From an uncultured Bacteroidales bacterium (GTDB lineage Bacteria; Bacteroidota; Bacteroidia; Bacteroidales; JAAAOM01), in NCBI GenBank assembly GCA_964652315.1, contig CAZZBU010000004.1:1233-65232 (forward strand): a stretch of DNA of 64,000 nucleotides, in the 5' to 3' direction. The notes below the pieces were generated by a model, which worked only from the letters and a program-made list of their open reading frames with translations, made no database searches and was not told the origin of the DNA. Below, piece by piece: positions 36,414 to 45,028 of the stretch; the first letter of the stretch is position 1, and every line of letters begins with the position of its first letter. The position numbers were made by a program, and so were the translations under genes.

Positions 36414-37193
36414 ATGAAAAATGCCGGGTTACATAGATTATTTTCTACAACATCCATAATTGCACTTATCGTTGTTGCCTGGATGCTCCCGTTGAGAATA
36501 CAGCAATTAGTCGGACATGCTGAGTATGCAGGCAGTGTATCTGCAGTAAATGTGCTTATCGGCATCATTGTAATCCTGGCCATTATCCTGTATATCCTTA
36601 GCCTGCAGCGACCTGTTAAAGAAGTAATAAAAGAAAAGGTTGTTGAAAAAACAGTAACCATAACCGAAAGGGAGGCTGAGAATAAAGAATCAGAAGAAGA
36701 AGAAGGTATTGACCTGAAAGAGATTGAGCGAGCAGCGAAAAACATCATTCCCGATCAGAAAAAATCGAAGACTACAGAAGAATTTACTGAAAAACTGCTT
36801 TCAAACCTTGCCAAAGAATTTGAGATAGTCCAGGGTGTGGTTTTCATCAAAGAAAAGTCAGGAGAAATCTTTAACCCATCTGGCAAATATGCCTATTTCC
36901 TTGATGAGCCGCCAAAATCTTTTAAAGAAGGGGAAAGCATTCCCGGTCAGGTTGCTAAAAATCAAAAACTTATTGTGATCGACGAAATACCTGAAGGCTA
37001 TCTTAAAGTGATTTCCGGACTGGGTGATTCGCATCCCCGGTATTTAATGATTGCCCCTGTTATGCATAAAGGCGAATGCATTGCTGTAATTGAACTGGCA
37101 TCGTTCAAAAAAACCGGTAAAAAGGCAGAAGTTACCCTGGAAAAAGTTTCTGAATTAATTTCAAACACGATTGTTGAACTTAATAAGGCTTAA
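36414..37193 (+). CDS. Small membrane-anchored GAF-domain protein (2 TM, acidic linker, GAF)
   Basis: TM segments IIALIVVAWMLPL and VLIGIIVILAIILYILSL. Acidic linker EREAENKESEEEEG. The GAF domain ..VQGVVFIKEKSG...GESIPGQVAKNQKLIVIDEIPEGYLKVISGLGDSHPRYLMIAPVMHKGECIAVIELASF.. is paralogous to the GAFs of both flanking sensors. Confidence 0.7.
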   Translation: MKNAGLHRLFSTTSIIALIVVAWMLPLRIQQLVGHAEYAGSVSAVNVLIGIIVILAIILYILSLQRPVKEVIKEKVVEKTVTITEREAENKESEEEEGIDLKEIERAAKNIIPDQKKSKTTEEFTEKLLSNLAKEFEIVQGVVFIKEKSGEIFNPSGKYAYFLDEPPKSFKEGESIPGQVAKNQKLIVIDEIPEGYLKVISGLGDSHPRYLMIAPVMHKGECIAVIELASFKKTGKKAEVTLEKVSELISNTIVELNKA

Positions 37194-37202
37194 GAGAAAG
37201 AT

Positions 37203-39806
37203 ATGAGTAATCAGCACAACAATAATTCCAAATTGAACCTGGTTTTTACATGGTTTGCCATTGGATTTATTATACCTGTACTTGCCTGGCTTATCCTGAT
37301 GTCAACTCAGGACGTGTTATTGACCTTTGATGGGTTCGCAGGCATCCACAAATCAAATCCTGCCCTCTGGTTTACATATCTTTTTCCGGTATTACTTGCT
37401 GCTTTTGTTTATGTCAACAGTAAAAATCAAAAGAAACTTGCCGAACATTTCACCAATAAGCTCGATGAACGGGAAAAAAAGCTGAACATCATTGCCGAAT
37501 TTGCCAAAGAGATTGGGGAGGGCAACTACTCCAGCGAACTTAATATGGAAGGGGAAGCTGATTTGTTGCAGAATTCCCTTTTGCTCATGCGCGATAACCT
37601 CAAAGCAAACCATAAACAGGAGAGCGACCAGAACTGGATTGCAGAGGGTAAAGATATTATTTCCAATATACTCCGCATGCACAATAAAATGGATGAACTA
37701 TCCTACGATGTGCTTGTGAACCTGATAAAATACATCCGTGTTATTCAGGGCGCCCTGTATCTTTACGATAATGAACGTGAAGTACTGGTTAATGCTGCTA
37801 CGTATGCCTATAACCGCAAAAAATACCTCACCCAGGAGTTTAAAATCGGGCATGGATTAATCGGTCAATGTGCTTATGAAATGGACATTATCTATCGGAC
37901 GGAGATTCCGGATGATTATGTTACCATTACCTCTGGCCTTCTTGGCGATAAAAAGCCCAGGAGCATCCTGATTGTACCACTTATATCAGATGAAAAACTT
38001 CAGGGGGTCATTGAATTTGCTACCCTTGACGATCACTTTTCGGAACTTACCATACAGTATCTTCGAGAACTGGGCGAGATAATTGCCCGTACCATCTTTA
38101 ACCTGAAGGTCAATCAAAGGACTGAAAATTTACTTCGCGAGTCCCAGAAAATGACTGAAGAGCTTCGTGAAAACGAAGAACAACTCAGGCAAAATGCTGA
38201 AGAGATGCGGGCTACGCAAGAAGAACTGGAAAAATCCAATGAAAAACTTGAGCTACAGATTCAGCAGGTTGAAAATGCTCAAAAACGCCTGTATTCCTTG
38301 TTGGAAAATGCCTCTGAGATCATCTCCATTTACGATGAAAACAAGAAGATGACCTATGTAAGCCCGTCGGTCATAAAAATTCTTGGATTCAAGCCCGAGG
38401 AGATGATGAACGGTAAGGATTTCGACCGGCTTACCCGGCGCGGTGAAGCATCCATCAACGAAATGTTTGATTTTCTCCTGAAAAACCCCAAGGAATCCTA
38501 TACCATACAGTACACCTACATGAAAAAAGATGGAGAAAAAATCTTCATCGAAGCCACCGGACGCAACCTGTTGAAGGATCCTGCCATTAAGGGCATCATC
38601 ATCAACTCTCAGGATATTACTGAACGGAAACGGGCAGAGAAGGAGGAACGCCTGAAAAGTAAAATGCAATCCCTCTCTGAAAACTCCCTGGATATGATTA
38701 TCAGGCTGAGCACCTCAGGACAGTTTTTTTATGCCAACCCGGTAGTGGAAGATTATCTGGGCCTCAAACCAAAGGATCTGATAAATAAAACCATCAGGAG
38801 CGTCCGTTTTAATGCCACCCTGCAGGAATCCATGCAGGAAACCATAAATGACATTAAGTCCGATCCCCGGAAGATTAATTATGAGTTGGTTTTAAAAACC
38901 GATGATGATCAGGAAGAACCTCAGTACATGAGCATTGATGCAATTCCGGAATTCAATGAAAACGAACTGGAAACAATCCTTTTCGTGGGCCACGATATTA
39001 CAGAGGCTAAACGCATTGAGCAGGAAATCCAGGAGAAAAACAAAAAAATTGAGGACAGCATTAATTACGCCGAACGTATTCAGGGATCCATTCTTCCGGA
39101 TAACAACATCATTCGCGAGGTGTTGCCAAAATCTTTCATTTTCTACGTACCGCGCGATATTGTATCCGGCGACTTCCCCTGGTTCTTCAAGAAAAACGAT
39201 AACATTTACATTGCTGCTGTTGACTGTACCGGCCATGGTGTTCCAGGTGCTCTGCTCTCTTTCATTGGGTATTTTATCCTCAACAACATTGTTGACCGCG
39301 ACGTTGACTTCTCTGCCGCGGAAGTATGTGACCAGTTGCATTATGGCGTACGTAGCACCCTCAAGCAGGATCGTGAAGGCGCCAATGCCCGTGACGGGAT
39401 GGACATTGCCTTGTGTAAAATCAATTTCAATAAAAACCAAGTGCAGTTTGCCGGAGCGCATCGCCCCTTGTACCTGTTAAGGGATGGTGAGCTGCAGGAA
39501 TTTAAAGGCGATCGTAAAGCCATTGGTGGAATCCCGCACAAAAAGAAACAGGAAAAGGACTTTACCAACTATGTAATCAACTTTCAGAAGGAAGATAAAA
39601 TATTCTTTTTCTCCGATGGATTACCTGACCAGTTAGGCGGACCGGAAAAGAAGAAATATCAGGCGAAACGAATCCGTGAAGCCATCACAGAACATAAGGA
39701 TTTTTCAATGGAAGGGTTTCATAAATACTTTGAACAAGATTTTCTGGCCTGGAAAGGTAACACGAAGCAGATAGATGACGTATTACTAATCGGAATTGAG
39801 TTTTAA
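37203..39806 (+). CDS. SiaA-like sensor phosphatase: 2 TM, HAMP-like, GAF, Glu-rich coiled coil, PAS, PAS, PP2C (SpoIIE/RsbU-type) Ser/Thr phosphatase
   Basis: GAF ..IQGALYLYDNE..GHGLIGQCAYEMDIIYRTEIPDDYVTITSGLLGDKKPRSILIVPLI..LQGVIEFATL... Coiled coil ESQKMTEELRENEEQLRQNAEEMRATQEELEKSNE. PAS/PAC ends ..NSQDITERK.. and ..VGHDITEAK... PP2C motifs ..AERIQGSILP.., ..VSGDFPWF.., ..AAVDCTGHGVPGALLS.., ..DGMDIALC.., ..FFFSDGLPDQ.., ..IDDVLLIGIEF. Confidence 0.85.
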   Translation: MSNQHNNNSKLNLVFTWFAIGFIIPVLAWLILMSTQDVLLTFDGFAGIHKSNPALWFTYLFPVLLAAFVYVNSKNQKKLAEHFTNKLDEREKKLNIIAEFAKEIGEGNYSSELNMEGEADLLQNSLLLMRDNLKANHKQESDQNWIAEGKDIISNILRMHNKMDELSYDVLVNLIKYIRVIQGALYLYDNEREVLVNAATYAYNRKKYLTQEFKIGHGLIGQCAYEMDIIYRTEIPDDYVTITSGLLGDKKPRSILIVPLISDEKLQGVIEFATLDDHFSELTIQYLRELGEIIARTIFNLKVNQRTENLLRESQKMTEELRENEEQLRQNAEEMRATQEELEKSNEKLELQIQQVENAQKRLYSLLENASEIISIYDENKKMTYVSPSVIKILGFKPEEMMNGKDFDRLTRRGEASINEMFDFLLKNPKESYTIQYTYMKKDGEKIFIEATGRNLLKDPAIKGIIINSQDITERKRAEKEERLKSKMQSLSENSLDMIIRLSTSGQFFYANPVVEDYLGLKPKDLINKTIRSVRFNATLQESMQETINDIKSDPRKINYELVLKTDDDQEEPQYMSIDAIPEFNENELETILFVGHDITEAKRIEQEIQEKNKKIEDSINYAERIQGSILPDNNIIREVLPKSFIFYVPRDIVSGDFPWFFKKNDNIYIAAVDCTGHGVPGALLSFIGYFILNNIVDRDVDFSAAEVCDQLHYGVRSTLKQDREGANARDGMDIALCKINFNKNQVQFAGAHRPLYLLRDGELQEFKGDRKAIGGIPHKKKQEKDFTNYVINFQKEDKIFFFSDGLPDQLGGPEKKKYQAKRIREAITEHKDFSMEGFHKYFEQDFLAWKGNTKQIDDVLLIGIEF

Positions 39807-39836
39807 CCTAAAATTATTTATTAATATTCGGAAGTT

Positions 39837-40415
39837 ATGAATTTTGACAAAAAAGACATGAAAGGCTTTCTGGAGTTCGTCTACGAATTCTACAAATCGA
39901 TGAAAGCGCATGAGATTACCCTGGTATACGAAGGTGAAATAACGCACCAGATTACGAAAGCATTTACTTCCTTAACCGAATCAAACATGGCCAAGGAAGA
40001 AGAATCCGGAAGCGTTCAGCGAAAAGTTTTCCATGTAATGGTTGAATGCCTGCAGAACATAAGCAAGCACGCTGAAGATTTTGGTACCGATGATTATCTG
40101 TTTTCCGGGCGGGGTATCTTTCTGGTTAGCAAAGGCGAAAATGAATACAGTGTAACCACCGGTAATGCTGTTGAAAACGACAGGATTGAAGAACTTTCCA
40201 CCATGCTCGAAAAAATAAACACCATGGATAAGGACGAGCTGAAAGAGCTCTACAAAAAACAAATGAAAGAAGGACGCCTGTCAGAAAAAGGTGGTGCCGG
40301 TCTTGGTTTCATCGACATTAAACGAAAAACCGGTAAAGAACTGGAATATCATTTCCTGCCTATTAATGACGATACATCGTTCTTTTTACTTACATCAACT
40401 ATTTCCCGTTCATAA
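39837..40415 (+). CDS. SiaB-like GHKL-fold Ser/Thr protein kinase (RsbW/SpoIIAB-like partner-switch kinase)
   Basis: 192 aa. N-box-like ..VMVECLQNISKHA.. and G-box-like ..SEKGGAGLGFIDIKRKTG... It sits between a PP2C gene and a DUF1987-like gene, the same order as siaA-siaB-siaC. Confidence 0.65.
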   Translation: MNFDKKDMKGFLEFVYEFYKSMKAHEITLVYEGEITHQITKAFTSLTESNMAKEEESGSVQRKVFHVMVECLQNISKHAEDFGTDDYLFSGRGIFLVSKGENEYSVTTGNAVENDRIEELSTMLEKINTMDKDELKELYKKQMKEGRLSEKGGAGLGFIDIKRKTGKELEYHFLPINDDTSFFLLTSTISRS

Positions 40416-40436
40416 GAAAACCCCAAAATTTAACGT

Positions 40437-40811
40437 ATGGAAACGATTAAGATTGCAGGAACAGATGATACTCCTGAAGTAGTTCTTGACCGGGAAAATA
40501 ATATTTTCAGTATATCAGGACGCTCGTTGCCGGAAGATGTGGCATCGTTTTATGAACCCATTCTTAACTGGCTCGATGAATATATAGAAAATCCCAATGA
40601 TAGTACCGTATTTGACTTCAAACTGGTGTATTTCAACACAGCATCTTCCAAATTATTACTGGATGTGCTTATGAAGCTTGAAGTACTGGCTGAAAACGAT
40701 AAAGAAATCCTTGTCAAATGGCACTTCCCCGAAGAAGATGAAGACATGGAAGAAGCCGGTGAAGAATATGCTGATATCGTTGATATTCCCTTTGAGCACA
40801 TTGCCTATTAG
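40437..40811 (+). CDS. SiaC-like DUF1987-family regulatory phosphoprotein
   Basis: 124 aa. ..IKIAGTDDTPEVVLDRENNIFSISGRSLPEDVASFYEPILNWLDEY..FDFKLVYFNTASSKLLLDVL.. matches the DUF1987 pattern (TP.v.f......l.i.G.S.PE....FY.P...W......l.YfNtsSsK). Candidate phospho-acceptor is Thr68 (codon 40638-40640). Acidic C-terminal tail. Confidence 0.7.
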   Translation: METIKIAGTDDTPEVVLDRENNIFSISGRSLPEDVASFYEPILNWLDEYIENPNDSTVFDFKLVYFNTASSKLLLDVLMKLEVLAENDKEILVKWHFPEEDEDMEEAGEEYADIVDIPFEHIAY

Positions 40812-40834
40812 AATCAGCATCTGATTCTTTTTTT
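40810..40834 (+). terminator. Rho-independent terminator closing the CheR-to-SiaC operon
   Basis: AGAATCAG-CAT-CTGATTCT is a perfect 8-bp inverted repeat (or 7 bp with a 5-nt loop). It overlaps the TAG stop and is followed directly by a T7 run. Confidence 0.7.
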
Positions 40835-40950
40835 AACTGAACTGTCATTTTCCCCTTACAATCCATCCGGGTACAACCGGGATTGGATAATTCTCTGAGT
40901 ATTGTTTAAACAAGTAACAAGGTTATTTAAAGCTATAACTTCTTCAATAT

Positions 40951-43900
40951 ATGAGTGAAGAGATTCTAAGGGCCCTGATGCAACTGTTTGCTATCATTGC
41001 AAAACAGGATGAAGGGGTTGAAGATAATGAAATAGAATATGTAAAAAACTTCCTTACCCAGCAATTGAATGAAGCTGCTGTGAAGGAATATTTTACCCTT
41101 TTCGAAAAAAATGCCGGCCTGCTGCAAGACAGCAAGCGTGAGCGCATTCAAAAGCTTACCTCAGTAAAGGATTCGGTTCGTATCCTTGGCCTTTGTAAAA
41201 AAATTAATAAAAGCCTAACCCAGGAACAGAAAGTTGTTGTATTGGTACGTCTGTTTGAGCTCGTCAATGCCGACAGGAAATTTTCCGAGCAACGCATGGC
41301 CATTATCAATACAGTAGCCGATGTATTTATTTTTTCACCCGAAGAATTCAAAAGCATTGAATCGTTTGTAATCAATAACGATACAGAGGGATTGATCGAT
41401 CCCAACCTGATGATCATTAACGATAAGGAAGAATCCTACGATCAGTGTAAACATATCCGAACAGAAAAGCTGGATACCAACATTTTTATCCTGCGTATTC
41501 CCAGTGTGGACCTTTACTTTCTGAAGTATACCGGAAGAGAAACCCTGTACCTTAACGGGTTAACACTCAATAATAAAAGGATTTATCTGTTTGCCAATGG
41601 TAGCACCGTTAAACTGCCAAAAGGCAAACCCATCTATTACAGCGATGTAGTGGCCCACTACATGACAGACATTACGGCCAACAAAATCTCTTACGTGGTA
41701 AACGATATCGAATTTCGTTTTCCGAATGGCAATGTTGGTTTGCGTAATATCAGTTTCTCAGAAAACCATGGCAAACTTATCGGTATTATGGGTGCCAGCG
41801 GTGCCGGTAAAACCACCCTGCTTAATGTATTGTCTGGCATTGAAAAGCCTTCGCAGGGGCAGGTACTCATCAACGGCATTGATCTGCACCGTGAGAAAGA
41901 TAAACTGGAAGGAGTAATTGGCTTAATTCCACAAGACGATTTGCTTATTGAGGAGCTAACCGTTTTTGAAAACCTGTATTACAATGCCAAGCTTTGTTTT
42001 AAAGATAAATCAGAAGAAGAACTGGTACAGCTTGTGGATAAAACACTGGGCAACCTTGGCCTTCTCGACAGAAAAGATTTGAAAGTAGGCTCCCCCCTGA
42101 ATAAAACCATCTCCGGGGGCCAGCGCAAAAGGTTGAACATTGCCCTGGAACTTATCCGGGAGCCTTCCATCCTGTTTGTTGATGAACCTACTTCAGGGCT
42201 TTCATCGCGCGACTCGGAGAATGTGATGGACCTGCTTCGTGAGCTTGTGCTCAAAGGCAAACTCATTTTTGTGGTTATCCACCAGCCATCGTCCGATATC
42301 TATAAGATGTTCGACAAGATGTGCATACTGGATACCGGCGGATACCTTATTTATTACGGTAATCCGGTAGAGGCTGTCATGTACTTCAAACGCCTCGACC
42401 AGCAGATTAACAGCGATGTGGGCGAATGTCCAACCTGCGGTAATGTTAATCCCGAACTGATTTTTAACATCATCGAATCTAAAATCGTTGATGAATTTGG
42501 GAATTATACTTCCTTCCGTAAGGTAGAACCCCGTGAATGGGAAGAACATTACCAGGAGGAGATAGAGCTTGAACCAGCACAGGTTATCAAGGAAAAGCCA
42601 CCCAAAGGCTTAAATATTCCAAACTGGTTTAAACAGTTTAAAATATACACCCTGCGCGATTTCTTTTCGAAAATCAGCAACACCCAGTACATTGCACTTA
42701 ACCTGCTGGAAGCGCCTATCCTGGGTTTTATTTTGTCGTACATCATCCGGTATATTGCAGATCCCAGTTCGGATAAGTATATTTTCCGCGAGAACGAAAA
42801 CATCTCCATATATATTTTTATGGCATTAATCGTGGCCCTCTTTTTGGGGCTGATGGTGAGTGCCGAAGAAATTTTCCGCGACCGGAAAATCCTGAAACGT
42901 GAAGCCTTTTTGAACCTCAGCCGATCGAGTTACCTGGTTTCAAAAATTGTAATCCTCTTTGTAATTTCCGCCATTCAGTCCTTTACTTTCCTCATCATTG
43001 CCAATACTATTTTAGGCATCGACGGCATGTTATTTCATTACTGGTTGATTCTGTTCTCCACAGCAGCCTTTGCCAACATGCTGGGCCTCAATATTTCGGC
43101 TACATTTAATTCGGCAGTGACTATTTATGTACTTATTCCCCTGCTGATGATTCCCATGATGATCTTATCCGGGGCCATGTTCAGCTTTGATAAGCTCAAC
43201 CGAAAGGTAAGCAGTGTGGATAAGGTGCCGGTAATAGCTGAGTTTATGGTTACAAAGTGGGCTTATGAAGCGCTTATGGTACATCAGTTTAAGGATAATA
43301 ATTATAAAAAATTGCTGTATCCGCTCGAGAAAAATGAAAGTGTTGCCGACTTTAAAACCGTTCATCTGCTCCCGGCGTTGTTTACTGAACTCGAGCAGGC
43401 AAATGAGGAACTGGAAGTGAACGGAAAAATTGAGGAAACAGCGGATAATGTAATTACCCTGAAGAATGAAATTGGTAAATTTCTCAGGAAACATAGCAAC
43501 CTCAAGTTTGAGAACTACGAAGATTTGAGTCCGGAAACGTTTACAAAGCAGCATTATTATCAGATAGATGAGTTTTTAAACATGCTGAACGTTAGTTATC
43601 AGAAAGTTTATATGGATGCTATTCAGGAAAAGGAACAAAGAATAAATGCCTGGCTGGAGCAGGATCCTGAAAAGTATTACCGCGTTCGAAACAACTATCA
43701 TAACGAGAGCGTGGCTGACATAGTAATGAAAGTGTACGAGAAGAACAAGATTCTGAAGTATGATAATGAATACACCCAGAATTTTCATCCCATTTACCAG
43801 GATCCTGTGGTTACCGGACCGCTTGATTTTCGATCGCACTTTTATGCACCCCGGAAACACTTTCTTGGAACATTTTATGATACTTTTTGGTTTAATGTAA

Positions 43901-44040
43901 TTGTTATCTGGTTGCTTACTATCATTCTGTATATCAACCTGTATTATGAACATTACAGTAAACTGCTCGGCTTGATGGGAAAAATAAATTTTGAGAAAAT
44001 TAAACCCTCAAAGCTTTTCCCCGTAAAAAAGGAAGATTAA
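40951..44040 (+). CDS. Fusion protein: TerB-like N-terminal domain, unassigned ~120-aa region, ABC ATPase (ABCG/White-like), ABC-2-type membrane domain, ~270-aa C-terminal extension with terminal TM
   Basis: The N-terminus ..LMQLFAIIAKQDEGVEDNEIEYVKNFL... ..LVRLFELVNADRKFSEQRMAIINTVADVF.. has a TerB-like two-repeat helical pattern. Walker A GIMGASGAGKTTLLNVLSG (41791-41817), signature ISGGQRKRLNIALEL, Walker B ILFVDEPTSGLSS and H-loop VIHQPSS, typical of ABCG-type half transporters. Six hydrophobic segments cover aa ~600-770. Confidence 0.8.
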   Translation: MSEEILRALMQLFAIIAKQDEGVEDNEIEYVKNFLTQQLNEAAVKEYFTLFEKNAGLLQDSKRERIQKLTSVKDSVRILGLCKKINKSLTQEQKVVVLVRLFELVNADRKFSEQRMAIINTVADVFIFSPEEFKSIESFVINNDTEGLIDPNLMIINDKEESYDQCKHIRTEKLDTNIFILRIPSVDLYFLKYTGRETLYLNGLTLNNKRIYLFANGSTVKLPKGKPIYYSDVVAHYMTDITANKISYVVNDIEFRFPNGNVGLRNISFSENHGKLIGIMGASGAGKTTLLNVLSGIEKPSQGQVLINGIDLHREKDKLEGVIGLIPQDDLLIEELTVFENLYYNAKLCFKDKSEEELVQLVDKTLGNLGLLDRKDLKVGSPLNKTISGGQRKRLNIALELIREPSILFVDEPTSGLSSRDSENVMDLLRELVLKGKLIFVVIHQPSSDIYKMFDKMCILDTGGYLIYYGNPVEAVMYFKRLDQQINSDVGECPTCGNVNPELIFNIIESKIVDEFGNYTSFRKVEPREWEEHYQEEIELEPAQVIKEKPPKGLNIPNWFKQFKIYTLRDFFSKISNTQYIALNLLEAPILGFILSYIIRYIADPSSDKYIFRENENISIYIFMALIVALFLGLMVSAEEIFRDRKILKREAFLNLSRSSYLVSKIVILFVISAIQSFTFLIIANTILGIDGMLFHYWLILFSTAAFANMLGLNISATFNSAVTIYVLIPLLMIPMMILSGAMFSFDKLNRKVSSVDKVPVIAEFMVTKWAYEALMVHQFKDNNYKKLLYPLEKNESVADFKTVHLLPALFTELEQANEELEVNGKIEETADNVITLKNEIGKFLRKHSNLKFENYEDLSPETFTKQHYYQIDEFLNMLNVSYQKVYMDAIQEKEQRINAWLEQDPEKYYRVRNNYHNESVADIVMKVYEKNKILKYDNEYTQNFHPIYQDPVVTGPLDFRSHFYAPRKHFLGTFYDTFWFNVIVIWLLTIILYINLYYEHYSKLLGLMGKINFEKIKPSKLFPVKKED

Positions 44041-44093
44041 AAAGTAAAAATATGTGGAAAGACACAGAAATTACTATTTTTATATTTTAATAC

Positions 44094-44101
44094 TAACTTT
44101 G
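44094..44101 (+). promoter_or_regulatory. Candidate -7 promoter element TAACTTTG for the 44128 lipoprotein gene
   Basis: Exact TAnnTTTG match 27 nt upstream of the ATG at 44128. Confidence 0.3.
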
Positions 44102-44127
44102 TTCAATATTCACAAACAAGTTTGTAT

Positions 44128-45027
44128 ATGTTAAGGAATCTGATAAAAACCTTGATTATTTTGTTTGTTATTTCCGGCTGCAGGTCGGGAAATAATAGAA
44201 ATGAAGAATTGGAATTGCCACTTCCTGAAAGTGGCCAGGAAGAACTTGCAGTAGCTGACGAAACCATGGAGGAGATTGTCTCCCATGTATCGTCACCCAT
44301 TGAAATGGCAGCTCTGATTAAAGATTTGGGCGTACCGTTTTCAAAGGAATATCTGGCTACAACCGAATATGTTGATGAGTATGTGACCAGTTCGAAAAAG
44401 GCTTTTGGCCTTGGTATTTTTGGTGCCGATATGGGTTATCTTAATATGTATGAAAAAAATACCCAGGTGGTGGATTATCTTTCGGCCATAAAAACACTGG
44501 CTGATGGAATCAATGTAGGTCAGTTTTTTGACTTCCCAACACTAAAGAGGCTGGCCACCAACAGCCAGAACATCGACAGCCTGATGTACATTTCAGTACA
44601 CAGCTTCAATGAAATGGATAAATACCTGCGCAATAACCAAAGAGGTAACCTGAGTTCACTGATGATTACGGGGGTATGGGTGGAAGGACTTTATCTGGCT
44701 ACCCAGGTGGCCAAAACCAGTGCTTCGGAAAAACTGGCCGAACGTATTGGTGAGCAAAAGAAAGTATTGCAGCAACTCATGATTATCCTTCAAAACTACA
44801 AGCGGGATAAATTCATTGCGGATCTGATTGAAGACCTCAGGGTGATTGAAACCCTTTTCGAAGATGTGCAGATAACCATTGAGGTTGCAGAACCCGAAGC
44901 AGTAGAAGAGGATGGTATGCTGGTTATCATTCAGAATGAAACAAGCACCGTTCATATTTCGGATGAAACATTGCAGCAGATAACACAACAAACTGAAGAA
45001 ATAAGAAATAAGTTAATAAGTTTATAA
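44128..45027 (+). CDS. Lipoprotein of unknown function (predicted all-helical)
   Basis: Lipobox LFVISGC follows the ATG at 44128 (the listed ORF begins at TTG 44122). I recognise no family motifs. Its stop is 1 nt from the next start, consistent with translational coupling. Confidence 0.6.
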   Translation: MLRNLIKTLIILFVISGCRSGNNRNEELELPLPESGQEELAVADETMEEIVSHVSSPIEMAALIKDLGVPFSKEYLATTEYVDEYVTSSKKAFGLGIFGADMGYLNMYEKNTQVVDYLSAIKTLADGINVGQFFDFPTLKRLATNSQNIDSLMYISVHSFNEMDKYLRNNQRGNLSSLMITGVWVEGLYLATQVAKTSASEKLAERIGEQKKVLQQLMIILQNYKRDKFIADLIEDLRVIETLFEDVQITIEVAEPEAVEEDGMLVIIQNETSTVHISDETLQQITQQTEEIRNKLISL

Positions 45028-45028
45028 T

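Noticed and set aside
31402-40811. Reading the CheR/CheB cluster as an ordinary chemotaxis operon
   Set aside because: I saw no CheA (no HPt/P-domain kinase), CheW, CheY or MCP signalling hairpin (the highly conserved cytoplasmic tip) in any frame of the cluster or elsewhere in the window. The CheB lacks its receiver domain. The cluster is therefore not a canonical Che pathway.
41443-41656. Possible FHA (phosphothreonine-binding) domain between the TerB-like and ABC domains. It would neatly link the transporter to the upstream Ser/Thr switch
   Set aside because: Only the C-terminal half (..LYLNGLTLNNKRIYLFANGSTVKL..) loosely resembles FHA. The conserved Arg/Ser/His phosphopeptide-binding residues are not recognisable, so a call is not justified without a profile or structure search.
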